Numbered from the stretch's first letter, positions 1 through 9,329 are shown. The stretch: DNA of 64,000 bases from an uncultured Rhodobacteraceae bacterium (GCA_913043905.1 CAJWNQ010000007.1:391-64390); one strand, 5' to 3'. The notes: generated from the letters alone by a model not told the origin. Numbers and translations: made by a program.

Positions 1-901
1 CCACAGCTGTGCCCATCTGTCTGGCGGGCAGATTAATAGTGGTCAATGCTGGAGTTATTTCTTTGGACCAATCGAGATTGTCAAATCCCATGACAGATAC
101 ATCCTTCGGAACGTGCAGTCCTGCGTCCCCTAAACCAAAATATACTCCCAGAGCCAACACGTCGGAAAAACAAAGAATTGCTGTAGCTCGTGGTTGAATG
201 GCTAAAACTTCCAAGACTGCAGTCTTGCCACCTGCAACACTCAAATTTGTTTCCACGAAACCTAACCTATTCAAGAGGTGACCCGCAGATATAGCGCCCA
301 CCTTGCGAGCGACAGTGCGGTCACTTTCGACAAGCGGTCCGTGAACAACGACGATTTCGGAGTGCCCTTTTTCAGCAAGGTAGCGAATCGCGGAAGCCGC
401 TAGGGCGCTGTTATCATATCCTATCGTCGCAACATCACTGGTTGGGTCAAAAACAGATGTGAATGCAAATGGGATCTGTCGGCGCCTGAGAAGGTTAATC
501 AGTATGTCGCCATGATCCCTACCACTAAGGATAAAGCCCTCTGCCCCCATCGCTAGAAGTTTTTCTGCAGCTGCCAATTCTAGCGCGTCATCGGCATTTG
601 AAACGGACAAAACAAGAGAGTAATTTTGTTTGCTCATTGCTTGCTCAATCGCGGCTACAAATTTTGCAAATACCGAATTTTCGATGGTGGGAATGATTGC
701 GGCAATCGTTTGTGTGCGCTTTGTTGTCAATGCACGCGCTGCAGGATTAGGAACATAGTCAAGACGTTTAGTCGCTTCCAAAACGCGCTGCCGTGTTTCA
801 GGTTTGACGTTCGAATTACTGTTCATAACACGAGAGACAGTTGCAATTGAAACGCCTGATTCGCGGGCAACATCGCGAATACGACCAATTTTTTTTCTCA
901 T
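1..901 (-). CDS. LacI-family transcriptional regulator (C-terminal end runs off the window; absent from the ORF track because it has no stop in the window)
   Basis: Own translation of the minus strand from ATG (complement of 899-901): MRKKIGRIRDVARESGVSIATVSRVMNSNSNVKPETRQRVLEATKRLDYVPNPAARALTTKRTQTIAAIIP... This is the canonical LacI/PurR HTH followed by a periplasmic-binding-protein-like effector domain. The frame stays open to position 1. Confidence 0.85.
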   Translation of the reverse strand, partial: MRKKIGRIRDVARESGVSIATVSRVMNSNSNVKPETRQRVLEATKRLDYVPNPAARALTTKRTQTIAAIIPTIENSVFAKFVAAIEQAMSKQNYSLVLSVSNADDALELAAAEKLLAMGAEGFILSGRDHGDILINLLRRRQIPFAFTSVFDPTSDVATIGYDNSALAASAIRYLAEKGHSEIVVVHGPLVESDRTVARKVGAISAGHLLNRLGFVETNLSVAGGKTAVLEVLAIQPRATAILCFSDVLALGVYFGLGDAGLHVPKDVSVMGFDNLDWSKEITPALTTINLPARQMGTAV

Positions 902-938
902 ATTTTACTCACCTTTTTAGTGGATAAAACTATTTTTC

Positions 939-967
939 TTGACACAAGGCTTCCTTGCGGTTTTATT
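939..967 (+). promoter_or_regulatory. Candidate sigma70-type promoter for the tdm-like operon (TTGACA-N17-TTTATT)
   Basis: TTGACA at 939-944 and TTTATT at 962-967 with a 17-nt spacer, in the 150-bp divergent intergenic region. Sequence pattern only. Confidence 0.3.
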
Positions 968-1023
968 CACTCTATTCTGATTTTAACAACATCACAACGC
1001 TCAGAGATAGGTACAAATTAGAA

Positions 1024-1039
1024 ATGTAACCGGTTACAT
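1024..1039. promoter_or_regulatory. Perfect 16-bp palindrome ATGTAACCGGTTACAT, candidate LacI-family operator
   Basis: Exact dyad with a central CG, as in LacI/PurR-type operators (TGnAAnCGnTTnCA-like). It lies 12 nt upstream of the ATG at 1051 and between the divergent LacI gene and the demethylase gene. Confidence 0.55.
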
Positions 1040-1050
1040 AGGTGGACTGA

Positions 1051-3387
1051 ATGGATAAATTGATACACAATCACGATCCACAAAGCGCAAAGGCGCGACG
1101 TATGTTTCGGGGGTTGCAAACACCAACATCCCATCGAGTTGATGTGTTGTGCGGCGAGGCAAATCGCGTTGATTTGCTGGCGGGATCCATATTGTCGATT
1201 ACCAATACTGATGGCGGTGCGCCTGCATGGATTACGGCCCTTTTGCCCAAAGCACATAAATTTGACCCAAGCGTTGTCACCAACATCTCTACCGAACACC
1301 AACCTCTACCTACCGATCTGTTTGACAGCCGAGAAATGTCGAGCTTGATCGCAAATCGTGCTGGTACGTTGGATGATGCGACTGCCCTGCAAATCTTTGA
1401 CCCAGGCTCTGAAGCCGGTTCAATGTTTGTAACAGCAATCGAACAAGACGTGATCATCTTTGTTATTTCTCCCATCAAACGCGATTTTGTGTCCAATGGC
1501 GGCGGTGGTCGATTTGCCGTTCTTGTTCAACCTCCTGCAAGGCATACACCAGACCTCATTTTACCTCGGCCCTTAGGGCGCATCCGTGACGAATTTCGTA
1601 TTAGTCGCGGGACGGCGATGGCGTATGAAGTCAATAAAGGTCAGTTCGTTCAAGTGATCGACGTTGAGGGCCAACAATGTTCTGACTTCACAGCAATGCG
1701 CGCATCTGCTCTTGATGCAGGACAAGAGCGTTACATCGATTCTACCGTTTCGCGCACGATGGCACGGTCAGCTTACCCACAGCCTGGGCTGTATGACAAA
1801 TTTTATGATCAAGACATACGCCCCTTATTGGCGGTACGCCAAGACACCGTTGGCCGTCATGATACGTTCGCACTCGCCTGCACTGCACGCGGCTATGAGG
1901 AACGCGGCTTTCCAGGCCACCTCAATTGCTCGGACAACATCAGTGAGGCCTTTGCACCTTACGGGGTCGAGGCTCGCACTGCCTGGCCTGCCATCAATTT
2001 CTTTTTCAACTCGTGGATCGACCCAGCTCATAATCAAATTGCCTCTGACGAGGCTTGGTCTCGGTCAGGCGATTACGTCGCGATGGAGGCCTTGACCGAT
2101 TTGGCCTGTGTCTCAACGGCCTGCCCTGATGACGTTGATCCCATCAATGGTTGGAACCCAACCGACATACACATCCGCATCTACGAAGAGGATACATCAA
2201 TTTCACATTCTGTTTCATGGCGAGCACAGCCAGAGGATGCTGCGCAAATGACAAAACATTCAGCATTTCACCCACGCACGTCAAAGCTGACCAGCCATTA
2301 TCAGGTCTCGCGTGATCTGTGGGTTCCAACCCATTTTGATGCGACAGGTGCGATCGAGGAATACTGGGCTTGTAAAAATGCAGCCACCCTTCAGGACATG
2401 TCAGGTTTGCGCAAATTTGATGTGGTGGGCCCAGACGCGGCGGCCTTGTTACAGCATTGCCTGACTCGCAACGTTGAAAAGCTTGCGCAGCATCGCGGAT
2501 TTTATGCCCTGATGTGTGACGAGCGGGGCAGTGTTTTGGATGATGGCACACTATTCTGCATCGAGCCGACAACATATCGCTGGTGCTGTGGATCAGACAA
2601 TTCAGCTTTGCATTTGCGCGAACAAGCCGAAAAGCTTGGGCTTGATGTGTGGATCAGATCGCTTGGGCACAGAATGGTGAACCTCGCGCTTCAGGGACCT
2701 GCGTCGCGCGATATTTTGCGTGAAGTTGTGTTCACACAGCCAAGTCGTCCCGCACTAGACAACCTTAAGTGGTTTGGCTTCACCGTTGCACGGCTGCGGG
2801 ATCGTGATGGCCCGATGTTCATGCTCTGCCGCAGCGGATTTACAGGCGAACTGGGATATGAGTTGTTCTGCGATCGCGATGACGCGACTGAAATCTGGGA
2901 TGGGTTGATGGACGCTGGTGTGCCGGCGGGCCTTGTACCAATGGGCGGTACTGCGTTAGACAGTCTTCGGATCGAGGCTGGCCTGATGAGTGCAGGCGCA
3001 GAATTTGGCCCCGACGTGGATGCGATGGAATCTGGTTTGGGGTTTGCTGTCGATTTCAAAAAAGACACCTTTATCGGCCGCACAGCCCTTGAGCGAAATG
3101 CAGTGGCACCACGTCGTAAACTCGTTGGGCTGACATTTGCCGGTTCAGAGGTTCCCGCCCATGGCGATGGCGTCTTTGACGGGCGCGAACAAGTTGGCGT
3201 CGTCACGAGTGCGTGCAACTCGCATCAACTGGGTCACGCAATTGCGATGGCTCGAATAGCAATTGAAGATGCTATCGACGGACGCGCGCTAGAAGTAGGC
3301 CGCCTTGACGGACATATGAAACGGCTACCTTGCAAAGTCGGCCCTCTGCCATTCCTAGATCCAAAACGAGAAAAGGCCAGGGCGTGA
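1051..3387 (+). CDS. tdm: DUF1989 + GcvT-fold (aminomethyltransferase, folate-binding) fusion protein; trimethylamine N-oxide demethylase (Tdm)-like
   Basis: 778-aa ORF. The N-terminal half carries DUF1989-type sequence (YEVNKGQFVQVIDVEGQQCSDFTAM). The C-terminal half carries GcvT signatures (LQDMSGLRKFDVVGPDA, FTGELGYELF, GTALDSLRIEAGL). Architecture and size match characterised Tdm, and the gene sits next to a betaine-type ABC importer. Confidence 0.75.
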   Translation: MDKLIHNHDPQSAKARRMFRGLQTPTSHRVDVLCGEANRVDLLAGSILSITNTDGGAPAWITALLPKAHKFDPSVVTNISTEHQPLPTDLFDSREMSSLIANRAGTLDDATALQIFDPGSEAGSMFVTAIEQDVIIFVISPIKRDFVSNGGGGRFAVLVQPPARHTPDLILPRPLGRIRDEFRISRGTAMAYEVNKGQFVQVIDVEGQQCSDFTAMRASALDAGQERYIDSTVSRTMARSAYPQPGLYDKFYDQDIRPLLAVRQDTVGRHDTFALACTARGYEERGFPGHLNCSDNISEAFAPYGVEARTAWPAINFFFNSWIDPAHNQIASDEAWSRSGDYVAMEALTDLACVSTACPDDVDPINGWNPTDIHIRIYEEDTSISHSVSWRAQPEDAAQMTKHSAFHPRTSKLTSHYQVSRDLWVPTHFDATGAIEEYWACKNAATLQDMSGLRKFDVVGPDAAALLQHCLTRNVEKLAQHRGFYALMCDERGSVLDDGTLFCIEPTTYRWCCGSDNSALHLREQAEKLGLDVWIRSLGHRMVNLALQGPASRDILREVVFTQPSRPALDNLKWFGFTVARLRDRDGPMFMLCRSGFTGELGYELFCDRDDATEIWDGLMDAGVPAGLVPMGGTALDSLRIEAGLMSAGAEFGPDVDAMESGLGFAVDFKKDTFIGRTALERNAVAPRRKLVGLTFAGSEVPAHGDGVFDGREQVGVVTSACNSHQLGHAIAMARIAIEDAIDGRALEVGRLDGHMKRLPCKVGPLPFLDPKREKARA

Positions 3388-3395
3388 CAGTAACA

Positions 3396-4454
3396 ATGCC
3401 AACCCAAGAAAATGATGTTGTGGTGGTGCAAAACGTCTGGAAAATCTTTGGGGAACGCGCAAATGAAGCGATGGAGGCTGTCCGTCGTGACAATCTTTCA
3501 AAAGCTGAAGTTCTTGATAAGTATGGATGTGTCGTAGGTGTACGCGATGTATCAATCAGTGTGGCCAAGGGTGAGATATTTTGCATAATGGGATTGTCTG
3601 GTTCGGGCAAATCCACACTGGTGCGCCACATCAACCGCCTGATTGAACCAACAAACGGAGATATATTGATCAATGGAATCAATGTTGGAGATCTCGATCC
3701 TGAAGCCCTGCGTGAAATGCGCGCCGACAAGATTGGTATGGTTTTCCAAAACATGTCACTGTTGCCCCACCGCACAGTACGCGACAACATCGCCTTCGCA
3801 CTAGAACTTCGAGGGGTTGATGCTTTTACCCGCGCTGAGCTCGCCGATAAGGTGATTGGGCTTGTCTCGCTCCAAGGCTATGGTGATCGCTATCCGTCTG
3901 AACTTTCAGGCGGTATGCAACAACGTGTTGGGTTGGCGCGCGCTATGGCGGCGAACCCTGATATTTTACTGATGGACGAACCGTTCTCTGCGCTTGACCC
4001 ACTGATCCGTCGCGGACTCCAAGACGAGTTTCTGGAACTCTCACATTCGATGAAGAAGACCACTTTGTTCATCACTCATGATCTGGATGAGGCGATCCGC
4101 ATGGGCAACCGCATCGCAATCATGAAGGATGGCGAGATCGTGCAAATCGGAACGCCAGAAGAGATTGTGACAAAGCCCATTGACAAATATGTGTCTGATT
4201 TTGTGGCAGGCATCTCCAAACTTAAACTGGTTTTCGCGCATACCGTGATGGAGCCAATTGATGCTTATATAGCTAGAAGCAAGACCTCACTTTCTACCGA
4301 GAAATACCCCAAAGCTGGGCCAGAAGATGATCTGGATGCGTTGGTCACGCTTGTCGTGGATCAAGAGCATCCGATTCTAATCGAAAGCAATGGAAAACCA
4401 ATAGGAATTGTGACCAAAGATGCGCTGCTGCGCGCTATAAAAGGCGAGAGTTAA
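3396..4454 (+). CDS. proV: Glycine betaine/proline-type (TmoV-like) ABC transporter ATP-binding protein with C-terminal CBS pair
   Basis: Walker A GLSGSGKST, signature LSGGMQQRVGLARA, Walker B LLMDEPFSALD, C-terminal CBS-like tail. I prefer the ATG at 3396 (MPTQEND..), 9 nt after the upstream stop, over the ORF-track start at 3330. Confidence 0.9.
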   Translation: MPTQENDVVVVQNVWKIFGERANEAMEAVRRDNLSKAEVLDKYGCVVGVRDVSISVAKGEIFCIMGLSGSGKSTLVRHINRLIEPTNGDILINGINVGDLDPEALREMRADKIGMVFQNMSLLPHRTVRDNIAFALELRGVDAFTRAELADKVIGLVSLQGYGDRYPSELSGGMQQRVGLARAMAANPDILLMDEPFSALDPLIRRGLQDEFLELSHSMKKTTLFITHDLDEAIRMGNRIAIMKDGEIVQIGTPEEIVTKPIDKYVSDFVAGISKLKLVFAHTVMEPIDAYIARSKTSLSTEKYPKAGPEDDLDALVTLVVDQEHPILIESNGKPIGIVTKDALLRAIKGES

Positions 4455-4459
4455 GACCT

Positions 4460-6004
4460 ATGGACAACGAACCAAACCCGTTTATTGAATTCGCAGAGAA
4501 AAATGGTGCGTATTACGCTGATGTTTTTATACGCATTCAGAAATCGACACTAGGCTTTTTACATTTCAACATTTCCGCTCTGATCGGAAGCTTTATTTGG
4601 GCCGCACTGCGCGCAAATTGGACCTTGTTCATCATCGGATTTGTGATTGATTTGATCGCGTTGGTTAATGTTTCGCTTTATGCAAAATATGAACAAGCTG
4701 CGATTGCAAATGCCCATAAAGGCTTTCTTGTAGTAAGGTATGAAGGTTGGTCTCAAAATCATTTAATCACGGCGATTATTGTTTTTATCATGGGTCGCAT
4801 TCTCTTTGCATGGTTGGCGGACAGGCTCTATGCCGCTCAATATAACAAGTGGCGGGTCAACCGTGATATTAATAGTGGTTTCTCACTGTCTCGGCTGACT
4901 GTAGTGGCACTAGTTTTTGCCCTGATCGTGCCACTAATGATTTACCGTAGCAGCCAATTTGCACCCAACGAGCGTAGCTGTATCCGACAAGATCGCGCCA
5001 TTTCGGCTGGTGAGTCTGTTCTATTTAAAAACCGTTTCGACTGCTTCATGATAGGGGAATTCCCGACACTTATCTGGATCGACCGCCCTGATAAAGTCAC
5101 ATATCCGCGTGACGAAAAAGGTAACCGCACAGTCCTGCATACCCCACCGTCAGAAAATGCACCGCCTGTCACTCTTGCCACGTATGTTGCCGATGCTGTC
5201 GACAACAGCATTGGGTACCTTACGGTGTTTTATGGATATTTCTTTGACGGAATAACGCTGTTCCTGCGAACCATGCTCAATGCGATCAGCGCTGTCTTCG
5301 TAGGAACGCCGTGGATGATTACAATGGGTGTTCTAGTGCTCGGCGCTCACAAGGCAGCTGGACCTCGCGTTGCAACTTTTGTCGGTGCGTCATTGGGATA
5401 TTTGGCAATCTTCGGCTTTTGGCAGGCCGCGATGGATACCCTTTCGCTTGTCATGGCATCATCGATCATCTGTGTCGTGATGGGATTACCGTTGGGCATC
5501 TGGGTTGGAAAATCTAGGCGGGGTCGAACGTTCATGACCCCAGTTCTTGATGTGATGCAAACCATTCCATCCTTCGTATATCTACTGCCCGCAATTGCAT
5601 TTTTCTCAATTGGCAAGCCACCTGGAATCCTCGCAACTGTAATTTTCGCGATGCCTCCAATGGTACGTCTGACGGCCTTAGGGCTCCAACAGGTACCTGA
5701 AAGTACAAAGGAAGCCGCCCTCGCATTTGGCGCGAACCCTAGACAACTTTTGACAAAGGTAGAACTACCGCTGGCTTTGCCTTCAATAATGGCTGGGATC
5801 AATCAAGTTGTGATGATGAGCCTGTCAATGGTCGTTATCGCGGCGTTGATTGGCGCAGGTGGCATGGGCTTCATCGTCGCCGAAGCACTGGAAAACACAG
5901 AAACCGGACGCGGCATTCTTGCCGGATTAGGCATCGCTCTATTGGCCATGATGATCGACAAAGTTGTCCAGAAAGGAAGTCAACGCACCAACTCAAAACA
6001 TTAA
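4460..6004 (+). CDS. proW: Glycine betaine/proline-type (TmoW-like) ABC permease with a long N-terminal membrane extension
   Basis: The C-terminal ~280 aa is a typical BPD-type permease (EAA-like loop ..EAALAFGANPRQLLTKVELPLALPSIMAGINQ..). The first ~230 aa are extra hydrophobic segments. The gene starts 6 nt after proV. Confidence 0.9.
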   Translation: MDNEPNPFIEFAEKNGAYYADVFIRIQKSTLGFLHFNISALIGSFIWAALRANWTLFIIGFVIDLIALVNVSLYAKYEQAAIANAHKGFLVVRYEGWSQNHLITAIIVFIMGRILFAWLADRLYAAQYNKWRVNRDINSGFSLSRLTVVALVFALIVPLMIYRSSQFAPNERSCIRQDRAISAGESVLFKNRFDCFMIGEFPTLIWIDRPDKVTYPRDEKGNRTVLHTPPSENAPPVTLATYVADAVDNSIGYLTVFYGYFFDGITLFLRTMLNAISAVFVGTPWMITMGVLVLGAHKAAGPRVATFVGASLGYLAIFGFWQAAMDTLSLVMASSIICVVMGLPLGIWVGKSRRGRTFMTPVLDVMQTIPSFVYLLPAIAFFSIGKPPGILATVIFAMPPMVRLTALGLQQVPESTKEAALAFGANPRQLLTKVELPLALPSIMAGINQVVMMSLSMVVIAALIGAGGMGFIVAEALENTETGRGILAGLGIALLAMMIDKVVQKGSQRTNSKH

Positions 6005-6047
6005 CTTGGCGCAACCGCGCCTATCACCTAGTAAAAGGAAAAGTATT

Positions 6048-7004
6048 ATGAAACTTACAAGAACACTAATGGGAGCCACTGCGGCGCTGGCAATTTCTGC
6101 CTCGGCTGTGATGGCACAGGACGCAACAGTAAAGATCGGCGACCTCACTTGGACGGGGGCCCGCGCAATCGCTTATGTCGTCAAGGCTGTGATTGATGGC
6201 CCGCTCGACTCTGAAGCCGTAATCGTTTCTGGTCTGTCCGACGGCAACGTCATTGCGGCTGGCATGGATAAGGGTGATGGTTCGGTTGACGTATATTCTG
6301 ACCTTTGGATGCCCAACCGGCAGGCTGTATGGGACGAATATATTGATGGCGCAAAAACCGTTGGTCACAATGTGCCGTATGAAGGCACTCAACGCATGTA
6401 TGTGCCGTCCTATATGGCCGATCGTGTCAAATCTATCGAAGACTTGAGAGACCCTGAAATTGCCGCAATGTTTGACAAAGATGGGAATGGCCTAGGCGAA
6501 TATTGGGCTGGTGATGCTGGCTGGGCTTCGACTAAAACATGGCAGGTTAAATTCAAAAGTTACGGACTGTCTGAACTTTGGGAACCTGAAATTTTGCCAG
6601 ATGCAACCTTTAAAGCCTTGCTTGAATCTTCGGTCCAGCGTGAAAAACCCGTGCTGTTTTACTACTGGACACCTGAATGGGTTCACGCTGCTTATGATAT
6701 CACTCCGATCGAAGAACCAGCCCGGACTGAAGGCTGTGAAGACGTGAACCTTGATGCTGAAGATTGGCTTGAAGTCTCCTCGTTTAGCTGCATGGCTAGA
6801 AACGCTAAAATTTACGTGGCTTATTCGCTCTCTCTAGAAGAGCGTAATCCGGCCGCAGCTAAGTTTCTTAGCCAAATGGCGCTTGATCCCGCAACTGTGA
6901 ACCAATGGGTTTTGGAGATTGGACGTGATGGCCTTGACCCACAGGACGTTGCCGAAGACTGGGTAGCAGCGAACATGGATATCGTGAACAGCTGGATCAA
7001 TTAA
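6048..7004 (+). CDS. proX: Betaine-type (OpuAC/ProX family, TmoX-like) periplasmic substrate-binding protein
   Basis: ATG at 6048 preceded by AAAGGAA. Signal peptide MKLTRTLMGATAALAISASAVMAQD. Third gene of the ProVWX-type set. Confidence 0.85.
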   Translation: MKLTRTLMGATAALAISASAVMAQDATVKIGDLTWTGARAIAYVVKAVIDGPLDSEAVIVSGLSDGNVIAAGMDKGDGSVDVYSDLWMPNRQAVWDEYIDGAKTVGHNVPYEGTQRMYVPSYMADRVKSIEDLRDPEIAAMFDKDGNGLGEYWAGDAGWASTKTWQVKFKSYGLSELWEPEILPDATFKALLESSVQREKPVLFYYWTPEWVHAAYDITPIEEPARTEGCEDVNLDAEDWLEVSSFSCMARNAKIYVAYSLSLEERNPAAAKFLSQMALDPATVNQWVLEIGRDGLDPQDVAEDWVAANMDIVNSWIN

Positions 7005-7019
7005 ACCACAGTCATTCAG

Positions 7020-7049
7020 TTCCGCCGGCCTTTATCAGGGCCGGCGGAA
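7020..7049 (+). terminator. GC-rich hairpin after proX (operon terminator candidate)
   Basis: TCCGCCGGCC (7021-7030) pairs perfectly with GGCCGGCGGA (7039-7048) around an 8-nt loop. It lies 16 nt after the stop. No clear U-tract follows. Confidence 0.55.
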
Positions 7050-7138
7050 TGAAGTATTCACTCTTAACAGTCAAACAGTTTACCGCGCAGATAAAAACTA
7101 AGACTGGCGGACAGAACTCTCACAGGCGCAGATTTTGA

Positions 7139-7866
7139 TTTGGCAACAGCCGTAAAATTCCTGGTGACCGATGTTAGCGCGTAAAAAGGCAAAGCTATAT
7201 CTACGGCAACTTCTGTGCCCACAAAGTTGTTAAATACTACAATGGGAATGGGTAAACTCTAACATCTGTTATTGAATCAGCCATCAAAAAGCTCTTGCTC
7301 AGAAACGCCAATCTCACGAAAAGTGGCGCCGTAGGACGCCAGCTTGTCTGTTATAATAATCTTGGGTGATCCGTTTTTTCGTATTGTTTTTATAAGAAAT
7401 TTCTTAGCTGTAAGCTTGTTGCGTAGCTTTGTAACATAGCATTCCAGAACCTCACCGTCATGATCAACAGTACGCCACAAGTAAAAGCGTTATCCATTTA
7501 TTTTGACGAAAACTTCTTCCAAGTACCATTGCCAGTTCGAACATTGACCTGCCCTCTTCTTTCAAGTTCCAGTTACAAACCTCGCACCAAACCGGTTCAT
7601 GGCAAATATCTATTCCATGGTCATGTAAAATATCTTTAATTTGGCTAAAACTCAGTGAGTAACGCACGTAATGCATCACTGCCAAAAGGATGATACTAGG
7701 CTCTTCTTGAAATACTTGAATTGGTTTTGTTTTATCATTCACCAGAATTAAGGACTAACCACAACACCACCAAGTTTGCCTGACGATACCCTTTACCCCA
7801 TTTAATTTTTCATGGCTAAAATAAAGTTAATATTTTTCTAAATTCATTTTAATGGATGTTGCAGTT
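7139..7866 (-). mobile_element. Decayed IS6-family (IS26-like) insertion sequence relic
   Basis: Transposase fragments lie inside (see pseudogene). Candidate terminal inverted repeats are GGATGTTGCAGTT (7854-7866) and the complement of TTTGGCAACAGCC (7139-7151), resembling the IS26 IR GGCACTGTTGCAAA. The element sits exactly at the GC-content step. Confidence 0.5.
7277..7742 (-). pseudogene. IS6-family DDE transposase, frameshifted and C-terminally degraded
   Basis: ORF 7464-7742 (..FQEEPSIILLAVMHYVRYSLSFSQIKDILHDHGIDICHEPVW..) aligns by eye with the IS26 Tnp N-terminus (FQRDIILWAVRWYCKYGISYRELQEMLAERGVNVDHSTIYRWV). ORF 7277-7480 (WRTVDHDGEVLECYVTKLRN..AKKFL...PKIIITDKLASYG) aligns with the central YLYRAID..G...D.......A..FL.....P..I.TDK..AY region. 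The two fragments are in different frames and an FNNRC*S remnant lies downstream. Confidence 0.75.
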
Positions 7867-8013
7867 TTATTCCACAAGAATTAAGTTTTTAACAACTTTA
7901 AGTGTAATGAAATACACTTTATAATTCCAAATTATACATTATTTATAAAGATCCAGACTGCACCTCACATACCAGATTAATGGATAAAGCTTGATTATTA
8001 AAATAAGAAATTT

Positions 8014-9225
8014 ATGATTATGAAAAATCAGAAGTCTCAATGGCTAGCGTTAAGTATGACAGCTTTGGGAATTGTACTTACATTATCTACATGGTTTTCT
8101 ACTACATCAGTAGCTGGTGAAATTAGTGTTGCTTTAACACTGAACAACTCACAAATAGCTTGGCTAACAAATGCGGTTCAGGGAGGTTTTGTAATTGGAG
8201 CAATGATTTCTAGCTTATTTGCTTTGGCCGATATCTGGCCCATAAAGTGGCTTTTATCCTTTGGTGCTATTTGTGTAGGATTGGCTAATTTATTAATTCT
8301 GTTTGATACAAATTTTGCTATTGCTGTTGCTTCACGATTAGCCACTGGTGCCTCACTTGCTATCGTATATCCAACTGCAATGAAATATATCAGTACATGG
8401 TTCATAAAGAGCCGAGGGTTGGCTATGGGGATACTTGTTGGAGCATTAACAATTGGGTCAGCGTTTCCACACCTCATTAATTCTTTCAATTTAGGACTAG
8501 ATTGGAAATCTGTTATAAAAGCTACTTCGCTCGCGTGCTTTATAGCAGCAGCTATATTCATAAACCTTAAGGATGGACCATATCAATTTAAGTCTGCTAT
8601 TTTTCAGTGGGGTCAGCTTTCAAGTGTACTGAAAAATAGACCAGTAATGTTGGCAAATTTTGGATACTTTGGCCACATGTGGGAAATATATGCGCTTTGG
8701 GGCTGGTTTTTAGCGTATTCTAGTGCAGCCCAAGCGTCAGGGTTAGATATTGAAAATACATCTTCTTTAACATTTTCTGTTATAGCAGTTGGCGCATTAG
8801 GATGTATTTTTGGAGGAATATTAGCCGATCGTATTGGTAGGTGTTTAACAACTGCTTTAGCTATGAGCATTTCCGGTCTTTGCGCAATCATGATTGGATT
8901 TCTTTATGATGGTCCAACAGAATTATTTGTGATTGTTGCATTAATCTGGGGATTTTCAGCCATTGCAGACAGCGCTCAGTTTTCGGCTACAGTAGCAGAG
9001 GTTTCTGATCCAACATTAGTTGGCTCTAGTCTTACCTTTCAGATGGGTATTGGATTTTCAATTACAGTCTTTGTAGTTTGGATACTGCCTAAAGTTGCAG
9101 AATTTCTCGGCAGCTGGCAATGGGCATTTAGTATTCTTGCGATAGGACCTGTATTTGGCATTTGGGCTATGCTCACTTTAAGAAAACACCCTGACGCTAA
9201 AAAAATAGCAAATGGAAAACGTTAA
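8014..9225 (+). CDS. MFS transporter
   Basis: 403 aa, about 12 hydrophobic spans, MFS motif-A-like GGILADRIGR. Confidence 0.85.
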   Translation: MIMKNQKSQWLALSMTALGIVLTLSTWFSTTSVAGEISVALTLNNSQIAWLTNAVQGGFVIGAMISSLFALADIWPIKWLLSFGAICVGLANLLILFDTNFAIAVASRLATGASLAIVYPTAMKYISTWFIKSRGLAMGILVGALTIGSAFPHLINSFNLGLDWKSVIKATSLACFIAAAIFINLKDGPYQFKSAIFQWGQLSSVLKNRPVMLANFGYFGHMWEIYALWGWFLAYSSAAQASGLDIENTSSLTFSVIAVGALGCIFGGILADRIGRCLTTALAMSISGLCAIMIGFLYDGPTELFVIVALIWGFSAIADSAQFSATVAEVSDPTLVGSSLTFQMGIGFSITVFVVWILPKVAEFLGSWQWAFSILAIGPVFGIWAMLTLRKHPDAKKIANGKR

Positions 9226-9329
9226 GATTGACGAAAAATTTATAATAGGAATAATTAAATAAATAATCAGCCCCTATTATTCTTAACCTTATAGCTTTAG
9301 GAAAAGTAGTATCTTAAGGAGAATAAATA

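Noticed and set aside
1071-5802. Long antisense or alternative-frame ORFs inside the tdm-like, proV and proW genes (e.g. 1071-1496, 2144-2575, 2691-3218, 3272-3790, 5347-5802).
   Set aside because: They lie entirely within well-supported genes in the ~50-57% GC block, where stop codons are rare on the opposite strand. The translations are low-complexity (Arg/Ser/Pro-rich) with no motifs.
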